DNA from: Octopus vulgaris | Lineage: Eukaryota | Length of the DNA: 64,000 bases | Direction of reading: 5' to 3' | NCBI GenBank assembly: GCA_951406725.2 | Contig: OX597816.1 | Coordinates: forward strand, 72,044,001 to 72,108,000 | Shown here: piece by piece, positions 51,974 to 64,000 of the stretch | Numbering within the stretch: the first letter of the stretch is position 1 | Layout: the number at the start of each line of letters is the position of its first letter | Made by a program: the position numbers and the translations under genes | The notes under the pieces: generated by a model | What the model was told of the DNA's origin: nothing | Seen by the model: only the letters and a program-made list of their open reading frames with translations | Database searches by the model: none

Positions 51974-54493
51974 AATTCTAAACAAAACAATGGAACAAAC
52001 AAAAAAAGGGGCACATTTATTAATGTTTCCTTTCCATTTACTCAAATGCATGTTATGCGTGCAACATACATGTACTTAAAAAGTTCACATCTCAAGTTTG
52101 TGGTCTTAAGTTCAGTCCTACCATGCAGCACTTTAGGCAAAGGTCTTCTACTATAACCCTCAACCAACCAAAGGCTTACAAGTGAATTTGGTGTGTACAA
52201 GCATGTGTGCATGAGTGTCTGTGTGCACCTGAGCATGCATGCATATGTATGTATGTATATATGTTTACATTTGACTACGAAAGTCGTCAGCTATGAGAAG
52301 CATTCTTGTTACTTCTCTCAACAGGTTGGCAACTTGCTTCATACCTTCAAAGACGCGACCTTACTTGAAAAACAGGTTAGGGTTAGAATCAGGAAGAGCA
52401 CCTATTTAACAGCTGCAAAACAATATCTCAATGGCAGCGAGCTGGCAGAAACGTTAGCACACCGGGTGAAATGCTTAGCGGTATTTCGTCTGCCGCTACG
52501 TTCTGAGTTCTAATTCTGCCGAGGTCGACTTTGCCTTTCATCCTTTCGGGGTCGTTTAAATAAGTACCAGTTACGCACTGGGGTCGATGTAATCGACTTA
52601 ACCTCTTTTTCTGTCCTTGTTTGTCCACTCTATGTTTAGCTCCTTGTGGGTAGTAAAGAAATAGGTATTTCATCTGCCGCTACGTTCTGAGTCCAAATTC
52701 CGCCAAGGTCAACTATGCCTTTCATCCTTTCGGGGTCGATTAAATAAGAACTAGTTACACACTGGGGTCGATATAATCAACTTAATCCGTTTGTCTGTCC
52801 TTGTTTGGGTAGTAAAGAAATAGGTATATTCATCTAACCCATGCTAATATGGAAAAAATGAATGTAAAAACAAACCAATGAATACGTTACTTGTGTTGGC
52901 GCCACATAAAAAGCACTTGTGCTGGGGCTGCTTAAACGCACCCTGCACACACTTAAGTGGTTGACATTAGGAAGGGCATCCAGTTGTAGAAACCATGCCA
53001 CAACAGACTACTGGAGTCTGGACAGCTCCCTTCTAGCCAGCTCCATGTCAAACCATCCAGCCCATACCAACATGGAAAGAGGACTTTAAACAATGACAAA
53101 TTTTTGAGGTGAGGAATCATCAGACAATTATAAAAAAATTAGGCTTAAAGCCCTTTATTTCCATTACAGTATGACATCTCAGGCAAGTAACATCTACTAT
53201 AGCCCTGGGCCAACCAAAGCCTTTTGAATGGTTGATAGAAACTGAAAGAAGCTCATATGTATCAATGAGCAGCATATTACTGGTTATGGCAAGTAACTGG
53301 TCAGAATGTTACCACTGGTTTTTGCGGCTCCTGTGCAAATTCGTGAAGCGTTCCATACTTTTTGGGTCATTGCCAGAACTGCCTAACTGGCCTTCGTGCT
53401 GGTGGTATGTAAAAGCACCCACTACACTCTCAGAGTGGTTGGCATTAGGAAGGGCATCCAACTGTAGAAACCTTGCCAGATCAGATTGAGCCTGGTGCAA
53501 CCTCTAGCTCACCAGTCCTCAATCAAACCGTCAAACCCATGCCAGCATGGAAAGCAGACATAAAACGATGATGATGATGATATTGTACCTAGAGAATACT
53601 GACGTGACTCCAGATATAATGGCCAGAAGTCCTTGATCCTATAGGAATCTAACCATCCCTCTTAATGCTACTACTTTATCTCTCACCATACACACCTCCT
53701 CTCTCCCTTTCTCTATTCCCTCAGACACGCTTGCCTTGAACAGAGACATTGCCAATAAGAGAGAACTGATTGGTCTTGTAGATAACAAAGTGATATCTCT
53801 GCTGGTGTTGCTATGATTAAAAGCACTTAGTGCACTCTGTAAAGTGGTTGGTGTTAGTATAAGCGCCATGATAAACTCTGCCAAGTACACTAAGAATTAT
53901 ACGTATCCAGGCATTGAGGTGGCGAGCTGGCAGAATCGTTAGCACACCAGGCAAAATACTGCCAAGTATTTTGTCTGTCTTTACGTTCTGAGTTCAAATT
54001 CCACCGAGGTTGACTTTGCCTTTCATCCTTTCGGGGTTGATAAAAATAAGTACTAGCTGAGTATAGGGGGGGTCAATGAAATTCACTACCCTTCCTCATA
54101 AATTTCCGGCCTTGTGCCTATAGTAGAAAAGATTATTTTTGAAGACATTTTCTTTGATCATATAGCATCTAGTTTTACCAGAACTACTAGTTCTAAGTTA
54201 CTTTTACTGGTCACTAGTTGTCAGTGTTACATATGCTTAGTATTCCAAGTTCTTGACAGTCTATGAAAGAATTCAACCTAGAAATTTATCCTCGTTTCTA
54301 CACATCTGTAAATAATGGCTTGGCTATGAGTAATAGGACTATTCTGTGTAAGCATCAACGGTGCTTATACACGACACAGCACAATGAATGGTAATGGCAT
54401 ACACCCACCATATGTGGTTCAAGATGAGACACTATTTTACACAAACTGGCATGGCTTGCCAGAAAGGAGCTCATAAGGAATGAAATGATTTTT

Positions 54494-54890
54494 GGCGCAG
54501 GAGTGGCTGTGTGGTAAGTAGCTTGCTTACCAACCACATGGTTCTGGGTTCAGTCCCACTGCATGGCACTTTGGGCAAGTGTCTTCTACTGTAGCTTTGG
54601 GCCGACCAAAGCCTTGTGAGTGGATTTGGTACACGGAAACTGAAAAAAGCCCGTCATATATATATGTACATATGTATGTATGTGTGTGTATGTGTCTGTG
54701 TTTGTCCCCCAACATCGCTTGACAACCAATGCTGGTATGTTTACATCCCTGTCACTTAGCGGTTCGGCAAAAGAGACCGATAGAATAAGTACTAGGCTTA
54801 CAAAGAATAAGTCCTGGGGTCGATTTCTTTGACAAAAGGCGGTGCTCCAGCATGGCCACAGTCAAATGACTGAGACAAGTAAAAGAGTAA
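54494..54890 (+). mobile_element. tRNA-derived CORE-type SINE family A; other copies e.g. 6680-7067(-), 9010-9355, 14818-15108, 29730-30170, 37176-37540, 55595-55977, 61810-62190
   Basis: GGCGCAGGAGTGGCTGTGTGGTAAG head, GGTTCAGTCCC B box, CCTTGGGCAAGT CORE-like block, internal (TA/TG)n, 3' GACTGAAACAAGTAAAAGAG. Confidence 0.88.
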
Positions 54891-56364
54891 GATAATTTCA
54901 AACAAATGAAAACTGTGCAAGATATGAACGAGTTAATGGTGGGGGGTATGAGGCATTTTGGCAGAGCTGTTTTGGTGCCACATATTTGGCATAGCTGATA
55001 AGACACTGACACTCTCCTCTCTCTCTCTGTTTATGGGTGTGAGCATATTTCTTTTCACATGTATGACGACAGAGAATGCGAATATTTTAATCATTTTCAA
55101 CTAATAAATTATGTCAGCCCCACATCCATCCCATGCTCACCTTTCTGTATGTGAATATTTCTGACTATGCTTACAGGTATATGTTTGGCTCCAGTATCAA
55201 ACAGTTGCCAAAATAGATTCGGTGCCCAGTCAGCCATGTCAAATTGCCAGTGTCCAAGCAGCTGCACCCAATCGTCTCATTATTCTGTTGAATGGATATC
55301 ATTAGTAATTATTTAAAACAGTTTTAATCATTATCATCATCATCATCATCATCATTTAATGTTCGTTTTCCATGCTGGCATGGATTGGACGGTTTGACTG
55401 CTTAACCAAAGCAGTTACAGAATGGTTCGTATGTTTTCATGAGTCATTGGGTTCAAGGCAATCCAATTGTTATCATTTGAACTAACCAAGATCAGTGGGT
55501 TTTCAACCAATTTTTAACTATGGACCTCTTTGATTCCTACATTACTCAGGTGGACACCCAGAGCCAGTTGATGTTTAAAAGTCCTATTATCCTAGGCGCA
55601 GACATGGCTGTGTGGTAAGAAGCTTGCTTCCCAACCACATGGTTCTGAGTTCAGTCCAACTGTGTGATACCTTGGGCAAGTGTCTTCTACTACAGCCTCG
55701 GGCTGACCAAAGCCTTGTGAGTGGATTTGGCAGATGTAAACTGAAAGAAGCCGTCGTATATATATATATATGTATTTGTGTGTCTGTGTTTGTTTCTCCA
55801 CCATTGCTTGACAACCGCTGTTGGTGTGTTTAGGTCCCTGTAACTTAGTGATTTGGCAAAAGAGACCGATAAAATATGTACTATGCTTACAAAGAATAAG
55901 TCCTGGGGTTGATTTGTTCAACTAAAGGCAGTGCTCCAGCATGGTCGCAGTCAAATGACTGAAACAAGTAAAAGATAGCTAAATATTATTAGGAATTTCT
56001 TCTTTCATTCTTTTACTTGTTTCAGTCATTTGACTGTGGTCATGCTGGAGCACTGCCTTTAGTCAAACAAATCGACCCCAGGACTTATTCTTTGTAAGTC
56101 TAGCTGATCCAAATGACAGTTCTGCAAGTCAAAACGAAGAATGACCCACAAAGTATTTAGTTCTTTTGATTGGATGTCAAGAAAAAAAAAAATGAAACTG
56201 ACGAATGCTACATTTTACATCTGAGACCCCCTTCGGTCATGAATGACCACGTAGAAATCTGGGCAAGGTTGTTTATGGAAGACCAGCAGTCGCCCATGCA
56301 TACCGGCCTCTCCTCTCCATGCCACCAGTGTTATCCAGAGGAAGGGCAAAGGCCGATACAGCTT

Positions 56365-56463
56365 GTCTTGCTCAAGAACACAACACGCAGCCCGGTCCGG
56401 GATTCGAGCTCACAACCTCACGATCGTAAGCTCGACGCTCTAACCACTGAGCCATGCGCCTTC
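56365..56463 (-). mobile_element. tRNA-Arg(ACG)-like SINE head fragment
   Basis: TGGCTCAGTGGTTAGAGCG-TCGAG-CTTACGA-TCGTG...GAGCTCGAATCCC, then TTCTTGAGCAAGAC; no pairing acceptor stem. Confidence 0.65.
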
Positions 56464-57197
56464 ACTACATTTTACATACTTCTCAACAATTACAAGAAGT
56501 AATTGTGTTTATTTGTTCAATAACTGGGCTGTCTTTTGGAGAAAAAATATCAAAACTAAATATATTTGGCAATTTTCGTAACAATTTTTTTATTTCTTCA
56601 AATTTTTTTCCAGCTGAATTCCTTGTTTGTGTATTTTTTGTGTATGTATGTATATTTGTATATGTAAACATATGTCTGTACGTGCTCATGTGCATGGATG
56701 CATTACAAACACACAAATATATACATACATATACTTACATGCACAAATATATACATGCATAGATTTACATATACATATATACATACATACACATACACAA
56801 ACAAACACACACAAATACATAAATATAAGCGATTCAGCTGAAAATGAAATTAAAGAAAAAAACAATTTTCACAGAAATTGCCGAAAAATACTTTCACTTT
56901 TGATATAGTGTCTTCGAAACATCGCCTCAGACAATCTTTCGATAACCATACACGAAAAATGAAACTATTTCTTCGACTCCCTTTTGATATACTTTCTCCG
57001 AAAACAGCCGTCAATCTATAAACAATCCACGGCGATGTTTTGAGGAAATCATATCAACAGAAAACCAAGAATTACGTGAGTGGTTAATACCAAGAAATGG
57101 AAACTTAAAATACGACGAAACATAAATTTAAGCACAAGAAAGGCTGAAAGAACGATCGCGGTATACTTTTCTGAGCTGACAATATCTGCTGATAATG

Positions 57198-57237
<40 letters not shown>

Positions 57238-57691
57238 AAAACTCGAGCAGTGTATAGCCAATTCTGTAATAAAGAGAAAGAATCAGCAATTCAAAGCGAA
57301 AGTTTTTTTTATTTTTAAAAACTTTCGTGTTTACTTTAGAGCGATAAACTTGTCCTGTTATTTAATATTCTAAATTTTTTTTCCACGGATATTTATCAAC
57401 CTCTTATTGGTTAATAAATTCTGGTGACTTTACTAATTCTGTTATGTGGGCGTGTGGTGTAAATAACTGGCCGATTTCCCGGTATAACGACCCACTTTCA
57501 CTTTTAATTTACAGCTAGTATTATTTCTTTAACGCATAATGGAAAAGTTATAGAAAGAGGAATAGGATATCGAAATTTTGAAAAGGAAAACATAAAATAC
57601 GTTTTTAAGAATCATAACCGATTTTTAAAAACATAGCAACCTCGGGGGTAAAATATGAAAAAATTGCAGACGGAGGTGTATCATTCAAAAT

Positions 57692-58840
57692 TCGGTTAAT
57701 ATAGGGCGTAACAAATATCAGAAAATCAAAAAAAAAATGTGTGTAATAGGTGTAAAACAACTTCCTATGAACGAATATGAAAAAAAAATTCGCGCACGCG
57801 AAAGGGGGTGGGGGAGAGGCCTCGGAAAATTCACATCGGGAAGTTCCGAAAGCGTCTGAGGGGCTGACCCGGGCACCAAAACAAAAAAAAAATAGTGTAA
57901 TATGTGTAAAACAACTTGCTCTAAACGAATATGAAAAAAAAATGCGCTCTCGAGAAAGAGGGGTGGGGGAGAGGCCTCGGAATATTTATATCGGGAATTT
58001 CCGAAAGCGTCTGAACCGGGCACAAAAACACAAACAAAAACAGCGTAATAGGTGTAAAACAACTTGCTCTAAACGACTATCATGAACAAAATGCGCGCTC
58101 GCGAAAGGGGGGTGGGGGAGAGGCTTCGGAAATTTCACATCTTCAGTCCACGGCCTTTAAACTAAGAAAAAATAGTGTAATTGGTGTAAAACTACTTGTT
58201 CTAAACGAGTATCAAGAACACACACTCACACATATTTGTTACGCCCTATATTAACCCAAAATTCGGCATACCCTACGACTTTGTTGCCTCATAACTTCCA
58301 GAAAAATGGATACTTTTTAAGGAAATTTCCAACAAATGCCGCTTAGATGTAGAAGATTCAGAGTATATAGGGATTTATGGAAAGAATTTTTCCGAAGGGG
58401 TGGGGAGAGGAGTTTCGGAAAATTCACGATCCGAATTTTTCCCTCATAACTTTCAGGAAAATGGATATCTTCTAATGAAATTTTATACAAATACCTTTCA
58501 AACGGCATAGATTACGATTATAAAGAAATTTGCCGGGAAAAAATTTTCTGAGGTGGGAAGGGGGTTTCGAAGAAGACCAAATTTCTTTATACTCGTAATC
58601 TATGCCGTTTGAAAGGTATTTGTATAAAATTTCATTAGAAGATATTAATTTTCCTGAAAGTTATGAGGGAAAAATTCGGATCGTAAATTTTCCGAAACTC
58701 CTCTCCCCACCCCTTCGGAAAAATTCTTTCCCTAAATCCCTATATACTCTGAATCCATAGCATCTAAGCGGTATTTGTTGAAAATTTCGTAAGAAAAGTA
58801 TTCATTTTTCTGCAAGTTATGAGGCAACAAAGTCGTGGGG
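57692..58840. mobile_element. Cluster of foldback elements with tandem ~130-150-bp GGGGGTGGGG(G)AGAGG modules
   Basis: Inverted repeat 57692-57718/58232-58257 encloses three modules; a second inverted repeat spans ~58273-58517/58593-58840; related modules near 60720-60940 and 63720-63980. Confidence 0.75.
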
Positions 58841-59263
58841 TACACATCTGTAGTTATGCCCCAAATTCCACCAGACTACCGTAAACATATACACATTGAG
58901 GATACTGCAATGCAAAAATTTCAAGGTTGCCGCAATCCAATGCTATAAAAGACTTCGGTCGCCAATCGAAACACAAGCTGCAAAGTGCAGCAGCATTATA
59001 TTCAACGATCGCCATCGTTAAATAAAAGCCCCGGACATATCAAAAGTTAAATTTCGGCTGAGAAGAGAGAGAGGTGACCAACAATATGGCGTTAGCTACG
59101 TTGCCAAGAGATGCCAGGTGGTTTTGCAGAAATTTCCATTTCTTATAGAGCCACAAAATACAGAAGCATAAGACAAAGAAAGCTGTAACGTCCAATTTCT
59201 TTCACAAACAAATCTTTACTTTCTAACATAAACACAAAAGGAGAAGACCGTCCAAGATTCAAA

Positions 59264-59618
59264 CGAACAGCGGTCTCGGTGCGCGCACTCGCGCTAGCTA
59301 GTCGTAAGTAGTCGATCCTACAACGCACTTGTAGGATCAACGAATTAAATATTTTTCGAACAAAGTAAATAAAACGCAAAGTAAATAATTTTTTAAACTA
59401 AATAAATAACTAATTTTTTATAAACAAACTAAGGTTAGGGTTAGAGTTAAAAAATTTTCGTAAAAATTATTTACTTTGTTCGAAAAATATAAAAAACCCA
59501 TTTTCTTTAATATGTATTCAGTCTTGAAATACAAACATACGCACAAGTCGTCGTAGGATCGACTACATACGACTAGCTAGCGCGGATGCGCGAGTGCACG
59601 CACCGGGACCACTGTTCG
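59264..59618. mobile_element. MITE with GC-rich ~70-bp TIRs, present only in the distal duplicated block
   Basis: CGAACAG(C/T)GGTC(T/C)CGGTGCG...GTAGTCGATCCTAC inverted at both ends; absent from the homologous 47.4-kb copy. Confidence 0.85.
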
Positions 59619-59854
59619 CTAATAGTACAGAAATGGTTGATTAGAGTAAGTTACCCCGGGGCTATCACTACAAACATCAATTAAACTACTTTCATTTAAG
59701 CCTTTGCATGTCGATAAATGAATGTATAAAAAAATTAGAAATATTGTTATTAATTCTACTCTTTAAGTTTGCAAAGGCAATCTAGGATCTGTATAAATGT
59801 ATATAACCTTTAATCGTATATGGTATTTAAAGAAAACGAAAGAATTATGCTCAC

Positions 59855-59897
59855 CGGTAGTTAAATCGATATTGCATATTTCGCAGGAATAACTCAT
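59855..59897 (-). CDS. TUT1: TUT1-like first coding exon, distal paralogous copy (1b), putative alternative first exon
   Basis: atcaccATG; MSYSCEICNIDLTT+G|gtgag; same length (43 nt) and phase as 1a; flanks homologous to ~47190-47895. Confidence 0.7.
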
Positions 59898-60058
59898 GGT
59901 GATGTGATAATGAAGATTTAAGACAACAAATAATATTAAAAGGAGAACTTAACAAATATATAATAGCATACAACACCACGTGGAAGTGTTAAAACTGAAA
60001 CTGACAGAAATAGTCTGTGTACAATTTGTGATGAGGGTTAGATAACTCTGTTGCATTA

Positions 60059-60073
60059 TAGATGTCAGCACTG
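60059..60073. promoter_or_regulatory. Conserved upstream motif TAGATGTCAGCACTG, promoter of exon 1b
   Basis: Identical to 47881-47895. Confidence 0.5.
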
Positions 60074-62324
60074 ATTTTCATACTGTTTAGCCCTAGGCCG
60101 GCCTTGATATAACAAACAAAAATCAATTGTGACCAGTTTTACGAATACACGCATTTCTCAGAAATGTTGAGTTATGTATTTTTCGACCTTACGTCGGTCT
60201 CAGCAACGTAAAGCATTAAAATTTTGGGAAAAAAAAGCGCTTAAAAACCAATACTGAAGTGGAAAAATAAAATAAAATAAAATACATGTGAAAACCATTT
60301 GTTAAAGCAGATATAAGGTAGATTACGATTGATTACGATTATATCGGAATTCCATATATATTTCTTTACTACCCACAAGGGGCTAAACACAGAGGGGACA
60401 AACAGGTTATATCGACCCCAGTGCGTAACTGGTACTTAAGTTATCGACCCCGAAAGGATGAAAGGCAAAGTCGACCTCGGCGGAATTTGAACTCAGAACG
60501 TAACGGCAGACGAAATACGACTACGCATTTCGCCCGGCGTGCTAACGTTTCTGCCAGCTCGTCGCCTTTTATGTCGGAATTCCATAGATAGAAAGAAATT
60601 GATGGACACGTGCACATTAATAATTTTGAAAAAAATTCTGATATGTCAATATTTGTGTGCGTGTGCTTACCATTTTTATTTCTTCATAGTAATTTCCGAT
60701 ATAATTGTAATGTACAGAATCTGAAAGGTATTTTTTAGAAAATTCCATTAGAAAAATAACTATATTTCTGAAAGTTATGAGGAAACAAAACCGCCAGGTG
60801 TGGATTTTACGGAACTTCTCTCCTTACTCTCGAAAAAAAATTTGTTCGCACAAATTCCGATATAATCGGGAATCTACACTATCTGAAGAGTATTTGTAGA
60901 AAATTTCATCAAGAAATATCCATTTTTCTGAAAGAGGAAACAAAGTGTGCCTCTCAGAGAGAGGCACTCTTTTGGGTACTAATTATAGATGTCCCGACGC
61001 ATCTACGTAACGATATAAAGGAAAGCTACAAAATATTTTAAAATTACGCTGTGTGGACGTGTAATGACACCCTAACTAGTGTGCACAATAAAAACGGTGA
61101 CCGGTTATAAAGTCACAGGAGAAGAAGTCAGTAATAAAGTCACAATTTTGGCTAGGAAAAAAGTCAAATAATTTATGGGATCTGGACACAAAATCCCCTG
61201 GAACAAAACCTCCTCGGACAACCCCCACCCCTGGACAAAACCCCCTTTGACTTTTTTTCTGTGACTTTCTACCTGGACCTCTGTATTTAAGTACTGCCCA
61301 CTTTTGTAGGAATGTCCCAAAACTTTCCATTGTGACCATCCCATTATTTGGAATACTAGGGTGAACTGTTTCCTATTATTGTAAGGCATGATTTATGAGA
61401 GTGACTGGTGGCTTCTTCGTCAACTCGTCTATTATATATTATAAGACTAAGATGTTATTTAAGGAAAATTCGACTGCATTTCAAGTGACCGCTTAGTACA
61501 TCAGTTTATAATGTGGGTCACAACGCTGCCTCGATATCTGTCGTTAAAAGGCAGATATCAAGGTAACATTGTGGTGGAAATATTTGATATTTATCGACTT
61601 TGCCTTTCGTCCTTTCAGGGTCGATAAATTAAGTACCAGTTGCGTACTGGTGTCGATCAAATCGACCGGTCCCCTACCCAAAAATTTCGGGCCTTGTGCC
61701 TAGAATAGAAAAGAAAAAGAATATTTGATATTTATAAATCTCGTAATTTTCCTTAGGCACGTTCAAGATTAAAACATCATCACGAGATCAGGTTTATTTA
61801 CAGACACAAGCGTGACTGTGTTGGTAAGAAGTTTGCTTTCCAACTACATGGTTCCGGGTTCATTCCCACCGTGTAGTAAGGGCAAGTATTTTCTGCTATA
61901 GTAAGGGCCAACCAAAGCCTTGTGAGTAGATTTCGTAGACAGAAGGTGAAAGTAGCCCGTTGTACATACATACAGTTTGTGTATGTGTGTGTGTGTGTCC
62001 CACACCGCTTGACAACCGGTGTTTGTTTGTTTACGTCCCCGTAACTTGTCGGTTCGGCTTAAGGAATCGATTAAATAAGTATCAGGCTTTAAAAAGAATG
62101 TATTGGAGTTTATTCGACCGACTAGAAATTCTTCAAGGCGATGCTCTAGCATGGCCGCAGTCTAATGAGAGAAACATGTAAAGGATAAAAAAAAGATGAG
62201 TGGGGCGTACCACCCACACTAACAATAATGAAGAAATAAAAAGATTTTTTTACACTACACACACGAATTGGTGCTTTGTTATAGCACTATTTTCTATTTG
62301 TAATTCTACCTTTACTGTGTTTTA

Positions 62325-62326
<2 letters not shown>

Positions 62327-62386
<60 letters not shown>

Positions 62387-62403
62387 GAGAGAGAGAGAGA
62401 GAG

Positions 62404-62468
<65 letters not shown>

Positions 62469-62508
62469 CATACATACATACATACATGCATGCCTACATA
62501 CATACATA
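62327..62508. repeat. Compound (TA)n-(GA)n-(GATA)n-(CATA)n microsatellite
   Basis: Directly visible. Confidence 0.95.
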
Positions 62509-62509
62509 C

Positions 62510-63317
62510 CCGGACTGTTGTCATAGTAAGGAAGATAAAGCACGCAGAGTGAAGCCGCTCGGCACAGATTGACCTTGAACTCTGCTGTACATGTGCACTA
62601 AGTTCTAACGTCCTAGTTAACTTCTGCTGTTTACAGCAGTGCTTGGAAGGAAGGTGTGTAGCGCGTGATCGTCGCATTGATTATGTCAAAGAAAGTTAAC
62701 ACGGCGACACCTGTTCAAAGGCCTACGCAAAGTTGCTGAAAGTGTATGGAGAGGAGAATATGAGCCGCACACAAGTGCTCGAGTGGTTCAGACGTTTCCA
62801 AAATCAGCAGAACTGAGAATAACATCGCAGATGTGCATGTAGCTGTGAGAGGAAATCATCGAATCACCATCTGTGATTTATCATAAGATGTGCAGATTAG
62901 TTACGGTTCAGTTCAATCCATTAACACTGAAGTTTTGGGTATGAGACGCGTGTCTGCCAAGTTTGTGCCAAAACTGCTTTCAGCTGACCAAAAACACGCC
63001 CGGGTTTCAGTTGCACAAGATCTCCTTGATTGTATCGAGAAAGAAGAAAACTTTTCGAAAACGTTGTGTAGGCCTCGGATCAGGTATCGCCAAGCTTTTT
63101 GCAAAATTTTATGCAGATTCTCTGTCATGCTCAATGCGACGATCACATGCTACACACCTTCCTTCCAAGCACTGCTGTAAACAGCGGAAGTAAGCTAGAA
63201 CGCTAAAACTTAGTGCACGTGCACAGTAGAGTTTAAGGTCAATCTGTACCAAGTGGTTTCACTCTGCGTGCTTTAGCATCGTTATTATCGCAACAGTCCA
63301 GATACTTATTGATCAGA

Positions 63318-63319
<2 letters not shown>
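62510..63319 (+). mobile_element. Mariner-derived foldback element with long (~180 bp) inverted arms
   Basis: 62510-62690 is inverted at ~63125-63300; the interior encodes HTH remnants VYGEENMSRTQVLEWFRRF and MRRVSAKFVPKLL. Confidence 0.85.
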
Positions 63320-63358
<39 letters not shown>

Positions 63359-64000
63359 TGTGTGTGTGTGCGTGTGTGTGTGCGTGTATGTGCGTGCGTG
63401 CGTTTGTGTGTGCATGTATTTTTGTGTGTGTGTCTGTGTTTGTCCCCCTGCCATTGCTTGACAACCGATGCCGGTGTGTTTATGTCCCCGTAACTTAGCT
63501 GTTCGGCAAATAAAACCGATAGAATAAGTACTCAGCTTACAAATAATAAGTCCTGGGGTCGATTTCTTCAACTACAAAAAAAAAAAAGACTTTTGAGGCG
63601 GTGCTCCAACACGGCCGCAGTCAAATGACTGAAGCAAGTAAAAGAGTCAAAGAAAAGAATATATATGGTCTATGTTAGTATTTATACATGCTCATCCACC
63701 ATTTGTTTTTGTTATATATATAAAATTTCGATATAATCGCAATCTACACCACCTGGAAGGTATTTAGAAAAACATTTTACAAATAAAACCCATTTTTCTG
63801 GAAGTTATAAGAATACAAAGCCAACTAGTGTGAATTTTTCGAAACTTCTCTCTTCACCCATCAGAAAGTTTTTCGACAACAAATTCCGATATAATTCGAC
63901 TCAAAACCAACTAAAGCATGTTTGTAGAAAATCTCATTATAGAATATTCATTTTCTGAAAGTTGTGAAGAAGAAAAGTTGTGGCGGAGGCATAGTCTGGT

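Noticed and set aside
56385-56463. tRNA-Arg(ACG) gene
   Set aside because: The acceptor and anticodon stems do not pair properly and the sequence runs into a SINE body.
59086-59117. Possible + strand first exon MALATLPRDAR|gtggtt
   Set aside because: The homologous position in the proximal block (~47201) keeps only CAATATGG and not the reading frame, and no downstream exons were found. More likely a YY1-like or neutral motif.

Overview
AT-rich, repeat-dense eukaryotic genomic DNA. The SINE and microsatellite landscape looks like an octopus (cephalopod) genome; this is an inference. Two intron-containing genes converge tail-to-tail. On the + strand are the last 7 coding exons of an annexin (464-9699, four annexin repeats; the start lies left of the window). 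On the - strand is a complete 10-exon TUT1/Star-PAP-like terminal nucleotidyltransferase (stop at 15810, about 880 aa: matrin zinc finger, RRM, NTase palm, PAP-associated domain, C-terminal region). All splice phases were checked by hand. Four observations stand out. (1) The TUT1 promoter and first coding exon exist in two diverged copies (47669-47711 and 59855-59897), each giving a different CxxC half of a zinc finger completed by the shared exon 2. (2) The UTP-selecting His of the nucleotide-recognition motif is replaced by Ile. (3) Several unrelated minimal type-I hammerhead ribozyme motifs sit in introns, one inside a tRNA-headed SINE-like element. (4) There is a 167-bp near-perfect palindrome, a TRIM-like element and a possible decayed C-type-lectin/somatomedin-B gene. 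The rest is SINEs, MITEs, Helitrons, mariner relics and simple repeats. Nearly all ORF-track entries are repeat-derived noise. Repeat boundaries are approximate.
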